Below are positions 27,875 to 39,470 of a stretch of 64,000 nt of DNA, piece by piece; positions within the stretch are counted from its first letter, which is position 1; the number at the start of each line of letters is the position of its first letter. A program made the translations under genes and the position numbers. The notes beneath the pieces are model-generated. The model was not told the DNA's origin. It saw nothing but the letters and a program-made list of their open reading frames with translations, and did no database searches. Location: contig NC_087437.1 in the NCBI RefSeq assembly GCF_036321535.1, forward strand, positions 104,100,001 through 104,164,000. Direction: 5' to 3'. The stretch is from Camelus dromedarius (Eukaryota).

Positions 27875-28668
27875 AAAAATATGAAATATTTCTATTTGAT
27901 ATATCCATAATATTAGAGTAGGCTAGGTAAATAATATTTGACTGATTTATCTAAACAGATCTATTATATTTCTATAAAGACATAGAAATTTTTATAAAGA
28001 AAAATAAACATATATCACTAGAAAGGAAAGCATAATCCTTAACATACATCCATCTTCTGAAACTATTAGACAGACGTATATACTTACCAGTTGACAAATA
28101 TTGTACCTTGAGTGTTCAATTATAATAACAACCTATCACTCAGATATAAAACTGGACCAGGGATTTGTGCCCAACCCAAGGTCAGCCATTGAGATATTTG
28201 ACAGTTCCAAAGATAAGGTCTATTTTCAACATGCTCTTTACCATGGGCCCTTTCTGTTAGACTCAGATAAAAGCAAGCACAAACAGTACGTGTTGTGGAT
28301 TCGAATGAAACACAGGGGGAAATCAGAATAAAGAAACTATGATATAGATAGAAAAAGAGTAAATTTATTTTTTGATATCCCAAGAAGGAAATGTATGGAT
28401 GATAAATCAGCAGTTTGCTCTTAGAGAAAATTACCAGAGTAAGAAAAATGAAGTGGTGTGTGTCCTTAGGTGAGGCAGAGTGATGCTAGATCTGAAGTGT
28501 ATTATTCTAGCTTCTATGTTAATGACTAATCTATGTGGCACAGGAATTTGTTGTTTTGTTTCTTCCCTCTTCTGAACTCTGTCTTGGTCTCTCTCTCTCT
28601 TTCTCACTCTCTCTCCGTTATATAATGATTCAGTGACTCAGCAAATGTGGCCATGTTTCTGGTGCTTT

Positions 28669-29217
28669 TGTTGGGGAGGAGGAAATTCCCCCTTTCTTTT
28701 CTGAGTTCTTTTGCTTGCTCTAATTATTAAATTCATACAAGACAGATTAATAGGAGAAAAAATAAATGCAATTTGTAGGTATGGAGGCTTCACAGACAGG
28801 GAACCTAAGAAGTGACCAAGGCAGGCAGCTTTTATGTTTTTTAGACAAAATTAAAAAAAAAAAAGAAAAGAAAAGAAAAAAGAATTTGTGAGGAATTGAT
28901 TGACCAAAGAAACTTAGGCTTTCGTGCTAAATTAATGAAGAATCCAAGCAGAGTTTAGGTTTGGAAACCTAGCAAAGCAGTGAAGAAGTAAAAGGATTTG
29001 TTGGCCCTGGATTCCCTATCTCTTGTAATAAGTACGTCTCTCTTTCTCCCGGTACAGGGAGGGGACCTTTAACACAGGGCATTTATTTGCTGCTTTCAGA
29101 GGGGACAGACAGAATCAGTCTTCTTTTCATATCGACTGTTTCTCAAGTAGCTTTAATTCAAAATAATCAATATGCCACTGTGGCGTGTATTGGAGTGGCC
29201 TCCTCTGAGCCCTGACA
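28669..29217 (-). mobile_element. ERV1 solo LTR, MER34-family-like
   Basis: TG/CA termini and 4-bp near-TSD cttt/cttg. Minus strand starts 'tgtcagggctcag...tggcatattgattattttgaattaaag'. Confidence 0.8.
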
Positions 29218-29739
29218 CTTGTTAATGGAGGAGCCTAACAAGAGCACAGTTGTAAGCAGTTGTCAGAATTGGGGGAAGTGGGGAAATTTTAAATTGTATC
29301 AAAATAGTAAATATAAATCTATGGACAGTGTAGTGAATTTTAGTGAATCTAATATTTTATCAAAGTTCCAAATGTTTGATTGACTAATGACAATTGAAGG
29401 CTGATTCTAAAATAGATAAATATAGTTGTATGTTGGACATAAAGAAAATACTGGTATTGAAGTGTAATTTATACCTCATGTCTGTTTTCTAGACGAAAAC
29501 ACAACACAACAAACAAATTAAGAAACACAAGCAGCTACACTTCAACTTTGAAGAAGTGATGGGTGTAGTGAGAAAGTGGAGAGTGGGATGGCAAATGATA
29601 ATAGTGTGTGATAGTGTTGATTTACACTAGTTTTGATCATTGAGAATCAATGAAGCTTGTTATGGTAGCCTTGGATGGAATAAGGTCCAAATAAAATCCC
29701 AATATACTTGCGCTTTTAAAATGACCAATTAAATGACCA

Positions 29740-30498
29740 ATGGGTCTGTCCTGGCTTGTCTGTTCTCCCCATCCTGATCCACTTTCCCTCCTTTGGCACA
29801 CTTCACTGTGTTCTGAGGGCCATCTGTAGGTACTTTATCAACAGGTTCCCTTGTCTTCTGTCTTTGCACTGATTTTGGCCAATGGAAAGCCCTGGCCAGA
29901 AATCAGAGGAGTGTGAGATTGTTCCATTTTTCCTTCATTTTCTTTCCTATGTAACCACCTGGAGCTGAGTGTATCACCAGCCCGTAAGGGGGTGGGGGTG
30001 GAGGGGCTTGTTCCACACATTCACTTCTTAAGTTCATTAACCACTCTTTGTCTTTGATTCTCCAGACTGAATGATGGAAATGGATTTGTGCTATAACTAG
30101 CCCCAGAATATTCTACTATCTGTTTCTGTTCTCCTACATTCTATCCACATGTCTGTAAATTGTCCCTTTTTAAATTTATTTTCTCAAATTTCTTTTTTCC
30201 CAGTTTTATTGAGTAATAATTGACAAATATAACTATATAAGGTTAAAGTATACAACATAATGATACGATATGCATATATATCATGGAGTGATTACCAAGA
30301 TCAAGAAAATTAACACATCCTTCACCTCACATAATTCATTCTTTTCTGTATGTGTATGGTGAAAATGTTTAAGGTCTACTTGATAACTTTCAAGTACACA
30401 ATATTATATTACTAACTGGAGTCACCATGTTGCACATTATATCCTCTGAACTTATCCTTCTCAACCACCTGCTTCTTGCTGGACCCTGAGTTAGCATA
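29740..30498 (+). mobile_element. ERVL LTR33-like solo LTR interrupted by an L1 fragment
   Basis: 'gatccactttccctcc', 'ttggccaatggaaagccctgg', end 'cctgcttcttgctggaccctga'. Confidence 0.7.
30192..30457 (-). mobile_element. L1MA-like 3' end nested in the LTR33-like element
   Basis: 'cagttttattgagtaataattgacaaa', 'aattaacacatccttcacctcacat'. Confidence 0.85.
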
Positions 30499-31879
30499 GG
30501 GTCTTGAGCAATTTAGTTATAATTTCATGGAAACTTTGGAGTTTCCCCTTAAAGGCAAAAGAAAGAAATTCAAAAGGCAATGATGATTTTAAGATTGAAC
30601 TCTAAAAAAAACAAGAAAACTTGAGATTTCCATGCAACATTTTTGTTGTAATTTTCGTTTGTAGTAAGAACCTTTCCCAGTGTAAGGATATCTCAGGTGC
30701 ATATTGGTTTCAAACGAGAACATTCTCTTCTCTTTCTAAGAATCCTAGATTAATGGTGAAAAGCTTATTTATAAATGTTTATTTTCTTTCCCACCTAACT
30801 TTTGCTTCTTGCTATCTACATTTTTTAATCCACTGCCTTACGCATGCAATAGGTTTTTCTAGACCCAACCAAGAGGTCCACACATTTTCACTCTCTACTT
30901 ACTTAGATTAACCTCTATATACATAGCAAATAAAAAACAAATATTATAATTTCCATTCAGGAAATTATGATGAGTTCATGATATAAACTATATAATCTGT
31001 TCTAAAGTCAGGTACACTTATTTTATATACGAAATAGCAAACACACAAACTAATAATTGTAAACTGGGAAAAAGAGACAAAAATCAAGATCTCTGAGAAC
31101 TAGAAATAAAACAAGAACATTAAACATGGTTCGCTCCTCCTGCCTGCTGAGCAATGGGTTCAAAAGCGGTCAATGTGGCCAGTAATGTGACCTTAGTGGG
31201 GTGATAAGAACCAAAATCATCTCACACGTGGTAAGTGATTAATCTAAGAACCCCTGCAAAGCTATGTGGTTTATCGTTACTTAAGAAAGCCATATTTTGT
31301 TAAAGAACCAGCCGAGAATTGATAACAGCTGGATTATTTCAGTACTATATATGTAACAGAGGAAATAACAAGGAAATATGATAGAGCTAAACAAGTAGTG
31401 CAAATTTTTCCTTTATGTTAATATTCTAATATTCTTGGCATAATGAATTCGATGTATGTTTAGTTAGATCATATAGTTATGAGATTTCAGAACTAAAAAG
31501 GATGTGAAAAATGATCGTGTTAAATACCTTTCCAAGATCTCATAGGTAATTAAGAAAGAAGACAAGATTGCCTGCATTTTGCTTCAGTTTCCCCACTTTT
31601 GCATAAACCATCTTGTGCTTTCCTTAATAAACTCTGTCAGCACAGGTACTTACATGAGGCTTTTCTCACTTTCCACAGCACAGCTTTCTTCATTCACTTA
31701 CATGTTCATTGTGACAGAAAACTTGCCAGACCTATAAATCCTAAATTACTGATAGATTAAAATTATCAGTGGAATAAATATTTCAGAAGTTTAACCAATC
31801 AAGTTTTTTTTTTTTTTTGGAGAATGTAACAACTAAAAATGGGTCAGCATAAAAATAACTCATTAAACATTTTTACTTG

Positions 31880-32490
31880 TCCATTTCTCATTCACTTATT
31901 AAAAATGTGTCAAGTAGTTGTTATGTACCTGATACAGACTCAGTTGCTATTGACAGAAATATTGAAGATGGAAGTTTAAAAATAAGATAATTTCAGATAG
32001 TGATAAGTGAACTAAAGAAATTAAAATGTTAAGGAGCCTCAATAAAATCAAAGTCAAGGAATCCTAGTTCATCAGGTAAAGCATCTCGTTACATGACAAT
32101 TGAGCAGACACGTAATTGCTGAGATAGTCAGTAGTCAGAAGATTAAAATAATAAGGATAAAATCTCTAAACTAAGTTAAAAGGAAAGTAACAACAAGGGC
32201 AAGAACAAAAACGTGGTGCAACCTGAGAACAGCAGTAAAGAGAGTGTGCGTGCAGCAGAATTGAAAAAAGATTTTGTGTAGGAAATTTTAGACCACGTCA
32301 ATGTTACATAGGTGTTACTCAAAGTAAAAAGGGTAAACCTTTGGAATTTTTTTTTTAACTTTTTTTTACTTTAAAAAAAATTCAGGGTTGAAGAATACAT
32401 GATTTGGGAGTTAAAAAGATTACTCTCTTGCTCTAGTCTTGAAAAATATTTTCAGATAGCAGAAGAAAATCAAAAAACTTAAATATTCTG
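31880..32490 (-). mobile_element. Decayed L2 fragment
   Basis: 'tcattcacttattaaaaatgtg...tatgtacctgatac' resembles the antisense L2 3' end. Also 'aaaagattactctcttgct'. Confidence 0.55.
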
Positions 32491-32564
32491 AGGTATCCAA
32501 ATGGTTGAGAAACTTATGAAAAACTGAACAGTTGTATTAGTCATTAAGAAGATATACATTTTAT

Positions 32565-33175
32565 CCCAATGTTCAGCCCTACTTATAATAGCCAAGACAT
32601 GGAAGGAAACTAAGTGTCCACCAAGAGATGAATGGATAAAGAAGTGTGGTATATATACATATGTATATATGTGTGTATATATATATTCACACACACATTG
32701 GAATATTACTCAGCCATAAAAAGAATGAAATAATGTCATTTGTAGCAACCTGGATGGATCTAGACAATATCATACAAATGAAGTAAGTCAGAGAAAGACA
32801 AATATTATATAATATCACTTATATGTGGAATCTAAAAAAATAGTACAAATGAACTTATTTACAAAACAGAAACAGACTCACAGATATAGGAAACAAACTT
32901 ATGGTTATCAAAGGGAAAGGGGTTGGGGAGGGATAAACTGGGAGTCTAGGATTAACAGATGTACATTGCCATATATAAAATAGATAAACAACAAGGTCTT
33001 ACTGTATAGCACAGGGAACTATATTCAATATCTTATAATAAACTATAATAGAAAAGAATCAAAGCAAAAAAAAGTAGATATTTACATATATATTTACATA
33101 AGAAACTGAATTACTTTGCTGTACACCTGAAATTAACACAATATTTTAAATCAGCTATATTTCAATAAAAACAAA
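32565..33175 (+). mobile_element. 5'-truncated L1 (ORF2 end plus 3'UTR)
   Basis: Homologous to 8621-9205. Ends 'ttcaataaaaacaaac'. Confidence 0.9.
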
Positions 33176-33559
33176 CAGATGCAAATTTTGGTGAATGTGG
33201 CATGACCTGTATTCAGAAACATGGTGTTTGGGAGTGTAAAGTAGTATGGTTTGCAAAATTGCTAGTATCCATTAAAAAGGCATATTTGCATAATCTACAC
33301 CTTTGCAAAAAAAAAAAACCTCCCGATTACTCTCAAAAGGAATAAGCACATACATACACCAGTGGACATATTCAAGAATGTTCAGAATAGTCCTATTCAT
33401 AATAACCCTCACCTGGAGACTGCTTCAGTGCCCACTGACAGAAAACAGATACCTATATTATGCTGCAGTAACACAATGAAGATGAAGAAACTATCAGTAC
33501 ATTCAGCACATTTGGATGACTCTTGCCAAAATAAAGCTGCATGAAAGAAGTCAGACACA

Positions 33560-34902
33560 GGAGGAGGAGCAAGATGGCGGAGTAGAAGGACACTTATAGC
33601 TCACCCTCTCCCACAAATACACCAAAATTCACATCTACGGACCTACTCAGCCAACTAGAGCACCTGCTGAACTCTGACAGAACATCGCCCTCTTCAAAGG
33701 CAAAGACGCCAAAAATCTTGTAGGAGAAAAGGAAAAAAGAAAGAAAAAAAAGCAAAACAATGCAGGACCAATCCTGTGGGGAGGGAGTAGCAAAGGAGGA
33801 CTGGCGCTCATTCACCGGGGCTCCCCTCTCCAACGGAGACGCCAGCGGGACGGAGAGGGAGCCTCCGAGGCTCAGACCTGCCCTGAGCACCCCTTGACCG
33901 ACAGAACTGAGTTAAACGGGCACAAAGGGTCCCTGTGACACACAGTCCGAGATGCGAGCCGGCAGCTGGGGCCAGGACAGGCCACCTGAGCCAGGCAGAG
34001 GACTGGGGCAGCTGCATTGAGGCAGCCCCAGGGAACTGCAGGGTGCTGTACACCATGGCTGGGAGGGGATATGGAACAGAACAAACTTGGTCCCCCATAA
34101 ATTGCGAAAAAAGCAAAGCAACATGGCTAGTGTGCCCTGGGGGTGAGAGGCACCATAGCCTTTTTCTCCTCAGACCTGTGCCGCCATTACTGGTGCTTCT
34201 TGCAAGAAGAGAGACGGGGCACAGCCACAGCCGCCATCTCCTCCTGTGTGCAGCACCCAGGCGGGGGTGAGGCCAAGACCTGAATCCACACCCAGGAGCT
34301 CTGCAACCTCCTAGACAGGACTGAGACTTGTTTACAACCAGAGGCAGATAGGATCTTTCTGCCCTGGTACCTCAGAGAACTTGCACTGCCAAGACAAACA
34401 ATGAGCTGAGATTTGGCATGGAGCAGGGGCAAGGCCATTCCCTGGTCTTCCCTGAGCCCACCTTCAGAGCACCAACCCAAGGCAGGAGCAGACAGCTGCA
34501 CAGAGCAGCACAGCAACTGCCGGGAGCGGGTGGGCGGCAACCCGCTTTCCTGGCAGGAACGCAGCACCTGACCACAGTGCTGGGAGGGGGCGCGATCCAC
34601 CCACATGCCTCGCCCAAGTGCAGCATCTGACTGCGGCATCGGGAGGGGGAGTGACCCGCCTGCCCACCCACTGGGTAAGAGCTCAGCACCTGACCCAGTG
34701 TTGGGAGGGGATGCAATCTGCTAGCCAACAGCCACTGGGAGCAGCACAGACAAGGGTGCCAACAGAGGGTCTCTGGAAACAGCAAGCTGATTTCGCAAAA
34801 CAGGGCAAAGACACAAAGGCCTCTCGATAAAATCATTAAGAGCACACCGTCTCCAGGAGAACTAGATAACTGATACTCCCTAAGCCACAGTGCCAGAGAG
34901 AT
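33560..34902 (+). promoter_or_regulatory. L1 5'UTR internal promoter, GC/CpG-rich, with YY1-type motif
   Basis: 'caagatggcg' at 33570-33579 sits where L1 promoters carry the YY1 site. Many retained CpGs. Confidence 0.75.
34561..34730 (+). repeat. Three ~60-bp diverged tandem units in the L1 5'UTR
   Basis: 'cagcacctgacc...gggagggg' units start at 34562, 34621 and 34684. Confidence 0.75.
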
Positions 34903-35819
34903 ATGAGCAACATGAAGAAGCAGAGGAACCACTCCCAATTAAAAGATCAAGAGAAATCCCCTGAAAGCACAATCAAGGAAATAGACATTGATGGCCTACT
35001 AGATCAAGAATTCAAAAAAGGAGTGGTCAAAGTACTAAAGGAACTAAAAGAAATAGTGTTTAAAGATATAAAATATGTCAAAAATGAAGTAGAAGCTATA
35101 AAGAAGAACCAAGTAGAAGTAGTAAACTCATTTGCTGAGATGAGAGCTGACCTAAAGGGTGTACAAAACAGGCTAGATAATGCAGAGGAACGAATAAATG
35201 ACCTAGAAGACAGGACAACAGAAAGCACCCAATCAGAACAGCTGAGAGAAAAACAAATGAAAAACAATGAAAACAATATAAGGGATCTATGGAATAATAT
35301 AAAGCATGCCAATCTACACATAATAGGGGTTCCAGAAGGGGAAGAAAGAACAAAGGGGATTGAAAAGGTATTTGAAGAAATCATGACTGAAAACTTCCCA
35401 AACCTAAAGGAATCAGATATCCAAGTACAGGAGGCTCAGAGGGTCCCAAACAGGAAGAACCTAAACAGAACCACATCAAGACATATCATAATCAAGATGG
35501 CCAGAGTCAAGGATAAAGAAATGATCCTAAAGGCAGCAAAAGAAAAACAAAGAGTGAGTTACAAGGGTATCACCATAAGGCTCTCAGCTGATTTCTCTAC
35601 ACAAATATTACAGGCCAGAAGGGAGTGGCAAGACATATTCAAAGTCCTGACATATTCAAAGTCCTGCATGAAAAAAATATGCAGCCTGGGATACTCTATC
35701 CAGCAAGGCTATCCTTTAGGATAGAAGGAGAGATAAAGAACTTCACAGACAAGAAAAAACTAAAAGAGTTTAGCAACACTAAACTCATGCTAAAAGAAAT
35801 ATTGACAGGTCTACTCTAA
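34903..35819 (+). pseudogene. L1 ORF1p (coiled coil, RRM, CTD), frameshifted by a 17-bp tandem duplication
   Basis: MSNMKKQRNHSQ...NLHIIGVPEGEE...IRLSADFS...ARREWQDIFK, then LYPARLSF in the next frame (ORF 35625-35819). Removing 17 bp gives 900 nt, i.e. 299 aa plus stop. Confidence 0.95.
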
Positions 35820-35962
35820 ATAGAAAAGAAGCAGGATGCAACAAAAATGAGAAACTCATAACTGGAAAGGAGATAACTGCCATGAATTACAAAACGAATA
35901 AACACAAAATCGTAAAAGAAGACATCTAAATCATTAAAAGTGGGAGAGTGAAGCAAGGAAAG

Positions 35963-36319
35963 CCATTGTGGAAAACAGTATGGAGATTCCTCAAAAGACT
36001 AGGAATAGTCTTACCATAGGACCCAGGAATCCCGCTCTTGAGCATAAATCCAGAAGGAACCCTACTTCAGAATGACACCTGCACCCCAATGTTCATGGCA
36101 GCATTATTTACAATAGCCAAGACATGGAAACAGCCTAAATGTCCATCAACAGATGACTGGATAAAGAAGTGGTATATTTATATGATGGAATACTATTCAG
36201 CCACAAAAACCGACAACATAACACCATTTGCAGCAACATGGATGTTCCTGGAGAATGTCATTCTAAGTGAAGTAAGCCAGAAAGAGAAAGAAAAATACCA
36301 TATGAGATCACTCATATGA
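35963..36319 (+). pseudogene. L1 ORF2 C-terminal remnant only
   Basis: PLWKTVWRFLKRLGIVLP*DPGIPLL...[24 protein letters not shown]...EYYSA. No endonuclease or RT domain upstream. Confidence 0.92.
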
Positions 36320-37673
36320 AAAATCTAAAAAAAAAACCAAAACAGAAATACAAAACAGAAACAGACTCATAGACATAGAATACAAACTTGTGGTTGCCAA
36401 GGGGGCTGGGGGTGGGAAGGGACAGACCAGGATTTTAAAATGCAGAATAAACAAGATTATACTGTATAGCACAGGGAAATATATACAAGATCTTGTGGTA
36501 GCTCATAGTGGAAAAAAAAATGTGACAATGAATATATATATGTTCATGTATAACTGAAAAATTGTGCCTACACTAGAATTTGACACAACATCGTAAAATG
36601 ACCATCACTAAATAAAAAAAGTAAAAAAAATTAAAATTAAAAAATTAAAAAAAAAAGAAGTCAGACACAAAATGGCACTGTTGTGTCCATTTATGAAGAG
36701 TTCAAAACCAGACAAAATTAACTTATGCTGATAGACAGGGGGTGATTTTTTGATCAAGGGTTATGATTATTTCTGAGGTCTTTCTATATTCTATTTATTC
36801 ACATGGGAGGTGGCTATATGGGAAAATTCAGTTTGAGAAAATTCATCAATCCATACACCTATCTGCTTTGTTTTCATCTTAATAAAATGATGGGAAAGAA
36901 AATGATTAGTATAATTTCTACGTGGTCAAAGATTGTATGTAGAGTCAAAAGAAAGCATTACTGTAATTAGGAATAATGATGGTGGATTGCTCTAGATATG
37001 GGAGGGGTGGGATGGTCACCATATATTTAGGAGAGGCAACATTTATATAATATGTTAGTTTAATTATAATTATTTGTAAAACTGAACTCAGGTATAATTT
37101 CTAGACATTAATAAAAGATATCTCAGGAATAAAATTAAGGACATACAGATAGAAACTGATGTTAACATTTTACTTATGATCTGTTAACAAAACATATCTG
37201 AATTTTATGAGAAAAAAATCCCATCTTTTAAACCACTTTTTATGTTTTAGAAAAAATAACTTCCTGCAATTCCTAATTTAGTCAATAATTTCTTAAAGAA
37301 TGGTTTAGTTTACCTAATAGTTAGTTTAAGAAGATTATCATTCTAAATTCTCTCTCCCTTCTTCACTATGCATTTTAACTTTTCTTAGCACCTCCTATAC
37401 AAATTGTCCTCCAAATAGGGCAACTTAATATAGTTCAAAGGTCTAGACTCTCCCCTTTTGGAACAAAGGAGTTAGAAACAATAGTTTAGGTAATAATCTA
37501 ATGGCTAGATTAATAGCACAAAAACACTAGGAAGTGTCACGTTACAGATGTGTGAATGACTGTCGTGGAATGTTAATAAAGAGAAACCTAATTATTTTCC
37601 TTTCCTTTTAGTCTTCTCTGCCCTCAGCTACCCCATGACCATCAGCCCTAAACAGGGAAATCTTTAGTATGTC

Positions 37674-39320
37674 TGTAACAGTTTCTATTGCTGCAATTAA
37701 AAAATTACCAGGAGTTTAGTGGCCACAAATTCATTAACTCAAAACTTCTGTCTAGGCAAGATGTCTAGGAACAATGTAGCTTGTCCTCTAAAATGCTGCA
37801 ATCGAGGTGTCACACCAGGCTGGGTTATCATTTCAAGACTCTATTGGAGATATATCTATTTCAAGATTACATGATTTTTGGCAGCATTTGTTTCTTGATG
37901 CTTTGGAAACAAGACCTTTAGTTTCTTGCTGATCAAAAGCTGGAGGCTACTCCCAGTTTCTTGTCATATGGACCTTCCAACAAAGCTGTTTGCTTCGTCA
38001 AGGTGAGCAAGAGAGTGAGAGACTCCAGGAAAATGGTTACTGCAATCCCTTGTAGATTAATCACTTGATCAGAGAGGTCCTTTCACTTTTGATGTATTCT
38101 ATTGATTAGAAGCAAGTCACAGATCCTGCTCACACTCGAAGGGATCACACAGGGCTTGAACATAACATAAGGGAACTTGGATTATGAAGGGCCACTCTAG
38201 GAGACTGTTCATCTCAGTCCACCCTCTACCCTCCAGTGGTTCACATATGTCCCACATGTAAAATACATTTACCTTCCTTATCCCAAATGCTTGTTGAGAG
38301 TTTTAGTCTAGTAAATTATCTGTTCAAGGATTGTAGGTAAATAGTGTTATCAGCCTGTTCAATGGTTGAAGTTGGGGTAAGCTTCTAGCTTGTATTCTCT
38401 CTGTTCCTTCCCATCCTGCCAGTTTTTCTGCTGAAATAATTTTCTCAAAAACTATATATATCTCCCATGGAATTAACTGAGGTTCATTCTTTACACAAAA
38501 TCCATATTAAGAGGTCATTTTGAGGTAAGCCCTTCTCTGTCTTGAGCTCAGGCTGAGCTGACTGAGGGACATCACTCTTGTTTCCTAGAGAGATGATGGT
38601 TTGATTGAGAGGTTCTATGAGACACATCCTTAATCTCTTAAAAAGAAACTTTGCATGATTAAATATTCTCACTTTTTTTTTTTATCTTCCTGAGTATTTA
38701 GAAAAAGTTTACACCATCACACTGTCAGTTATTTCTCTAGGCATGCTTTCTTGACAGTGCTCAGAATCCATTTCCAAATTTTAGTATCCTTTCCTACTGG
38801 GAGAGGTTGAGACAGCCCCAAATCATTTCATCCTAGTTTTTATTTTTCTTGTTTAACAGATCTTTCTGCAGTTTATCTCACTTCTCTTGAATTTTGCTGT
38901 AAGTAGGAAAAAGAAACCTGGCAACATCTTCTCCACTCTGCTTGGACATCTCCTTAGCTAGGTCATCAAATTCATTAGGCACATGTTTTACTTTCCATTT
39001 TATTATGGATAATAGAGTTGCTAAGTTTCTGCAACTAGGCAATAAGGATCCTCTTTCCTTTCTGTTCCAATAGTATGTTCTTTGTTTCCTTTGTCGCTCT
39101 CATCATTATCATGATCCAAGTTCAGATTATAGTAGAGTCAATGAGTCTTCACTGCCTGAATCTTTAAAGTACAGATTTCTAACAATCTGTCCAATGATTT
39201 AGGTTTTTTCTATCAGAAATCTTTGAAATTCTTCTAGCTTCCATCCACTGCCAATTTTCAAAGTCATTCCCACATCTTTAGGTATTTCTTATAGCACTAC
39301 GCTACTTCCATGTACCAGAA
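37674..39320 (-). mobile_element. MaLR provirus remnant: MLT1F-like 3' LTR (37674-38216) plus internal region (38217-39320), 5' LTR absent
   Basis: LTR motifs 'gtttctattgctgc...aattacca' and 'ttagaagcaagtcacag'. The minus-strand internal start 'tctggtacatggaagtagcgtagtgctataagaaatacctaaagatgtggga' is MLT-int-like. Confidence 0.8.
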
Positions 39321-39347
39321 CCCTGGTCCTGATATTTTTGGGGGGAC

Positions 39348-39470
39348 GAGCATTTCACATGTATTATCTACTTAAGTTCTTGCAATAATGTTTTAATTAG
39401 ATGCTACTATTATTCTGATTTCACATATGAGAAGATTAAGGTGATTAATTTGCTAATGATAATACAAGGA
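39348..39470 (-). mobile_element. MIR fragment
   Basis: 'tactattattctgattttcacatatgagaagattaagg'. Confidence 0.6.

Larger units (their letters stand above)
33560..36653 (+). mobile_element. 5'-complete, ORF2-deleted L1 derivative (half-L1 architecture), 3.1 kb, 16-bp TSD
   Basis: TSD aaagaagtcagacaca at 33544-33559 and 36654-36669. Starts ggaggaggagcaagatggcg. Order is 5'UTR, ORF1, short spacer, last ~360 nt of ORF2, 3'UTR, AATAAA (36611), A-rich tail. Confidence 0.95.
32500..36890 (+). mobile_element. Old L1ME/MC-type ORF2-end and 3'UTR hosting two younger L1 insertions
   Basis: The old L1 sequence reads through '...gcatgaaagaagtcagacaca|aaatggcactgttgtgtccatttatg...' once 33560-36669 is removed. 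Confidence 0.7.

Noticed and set aside
34187..34938. Antisense ORFs (150 and 188 aa) in the L1 5'UTR, possible ORF0 analogues
   Set aside because: GC-rich sequence gives long ORFs in several frames, the 188-aa ORF starts at TTG, and there is no recognisable homology. It would need conservation across copies.
35004..35384. 126-aa minus-strand ORF
   Set aside because: Antisense shadow of L1 ORF1.
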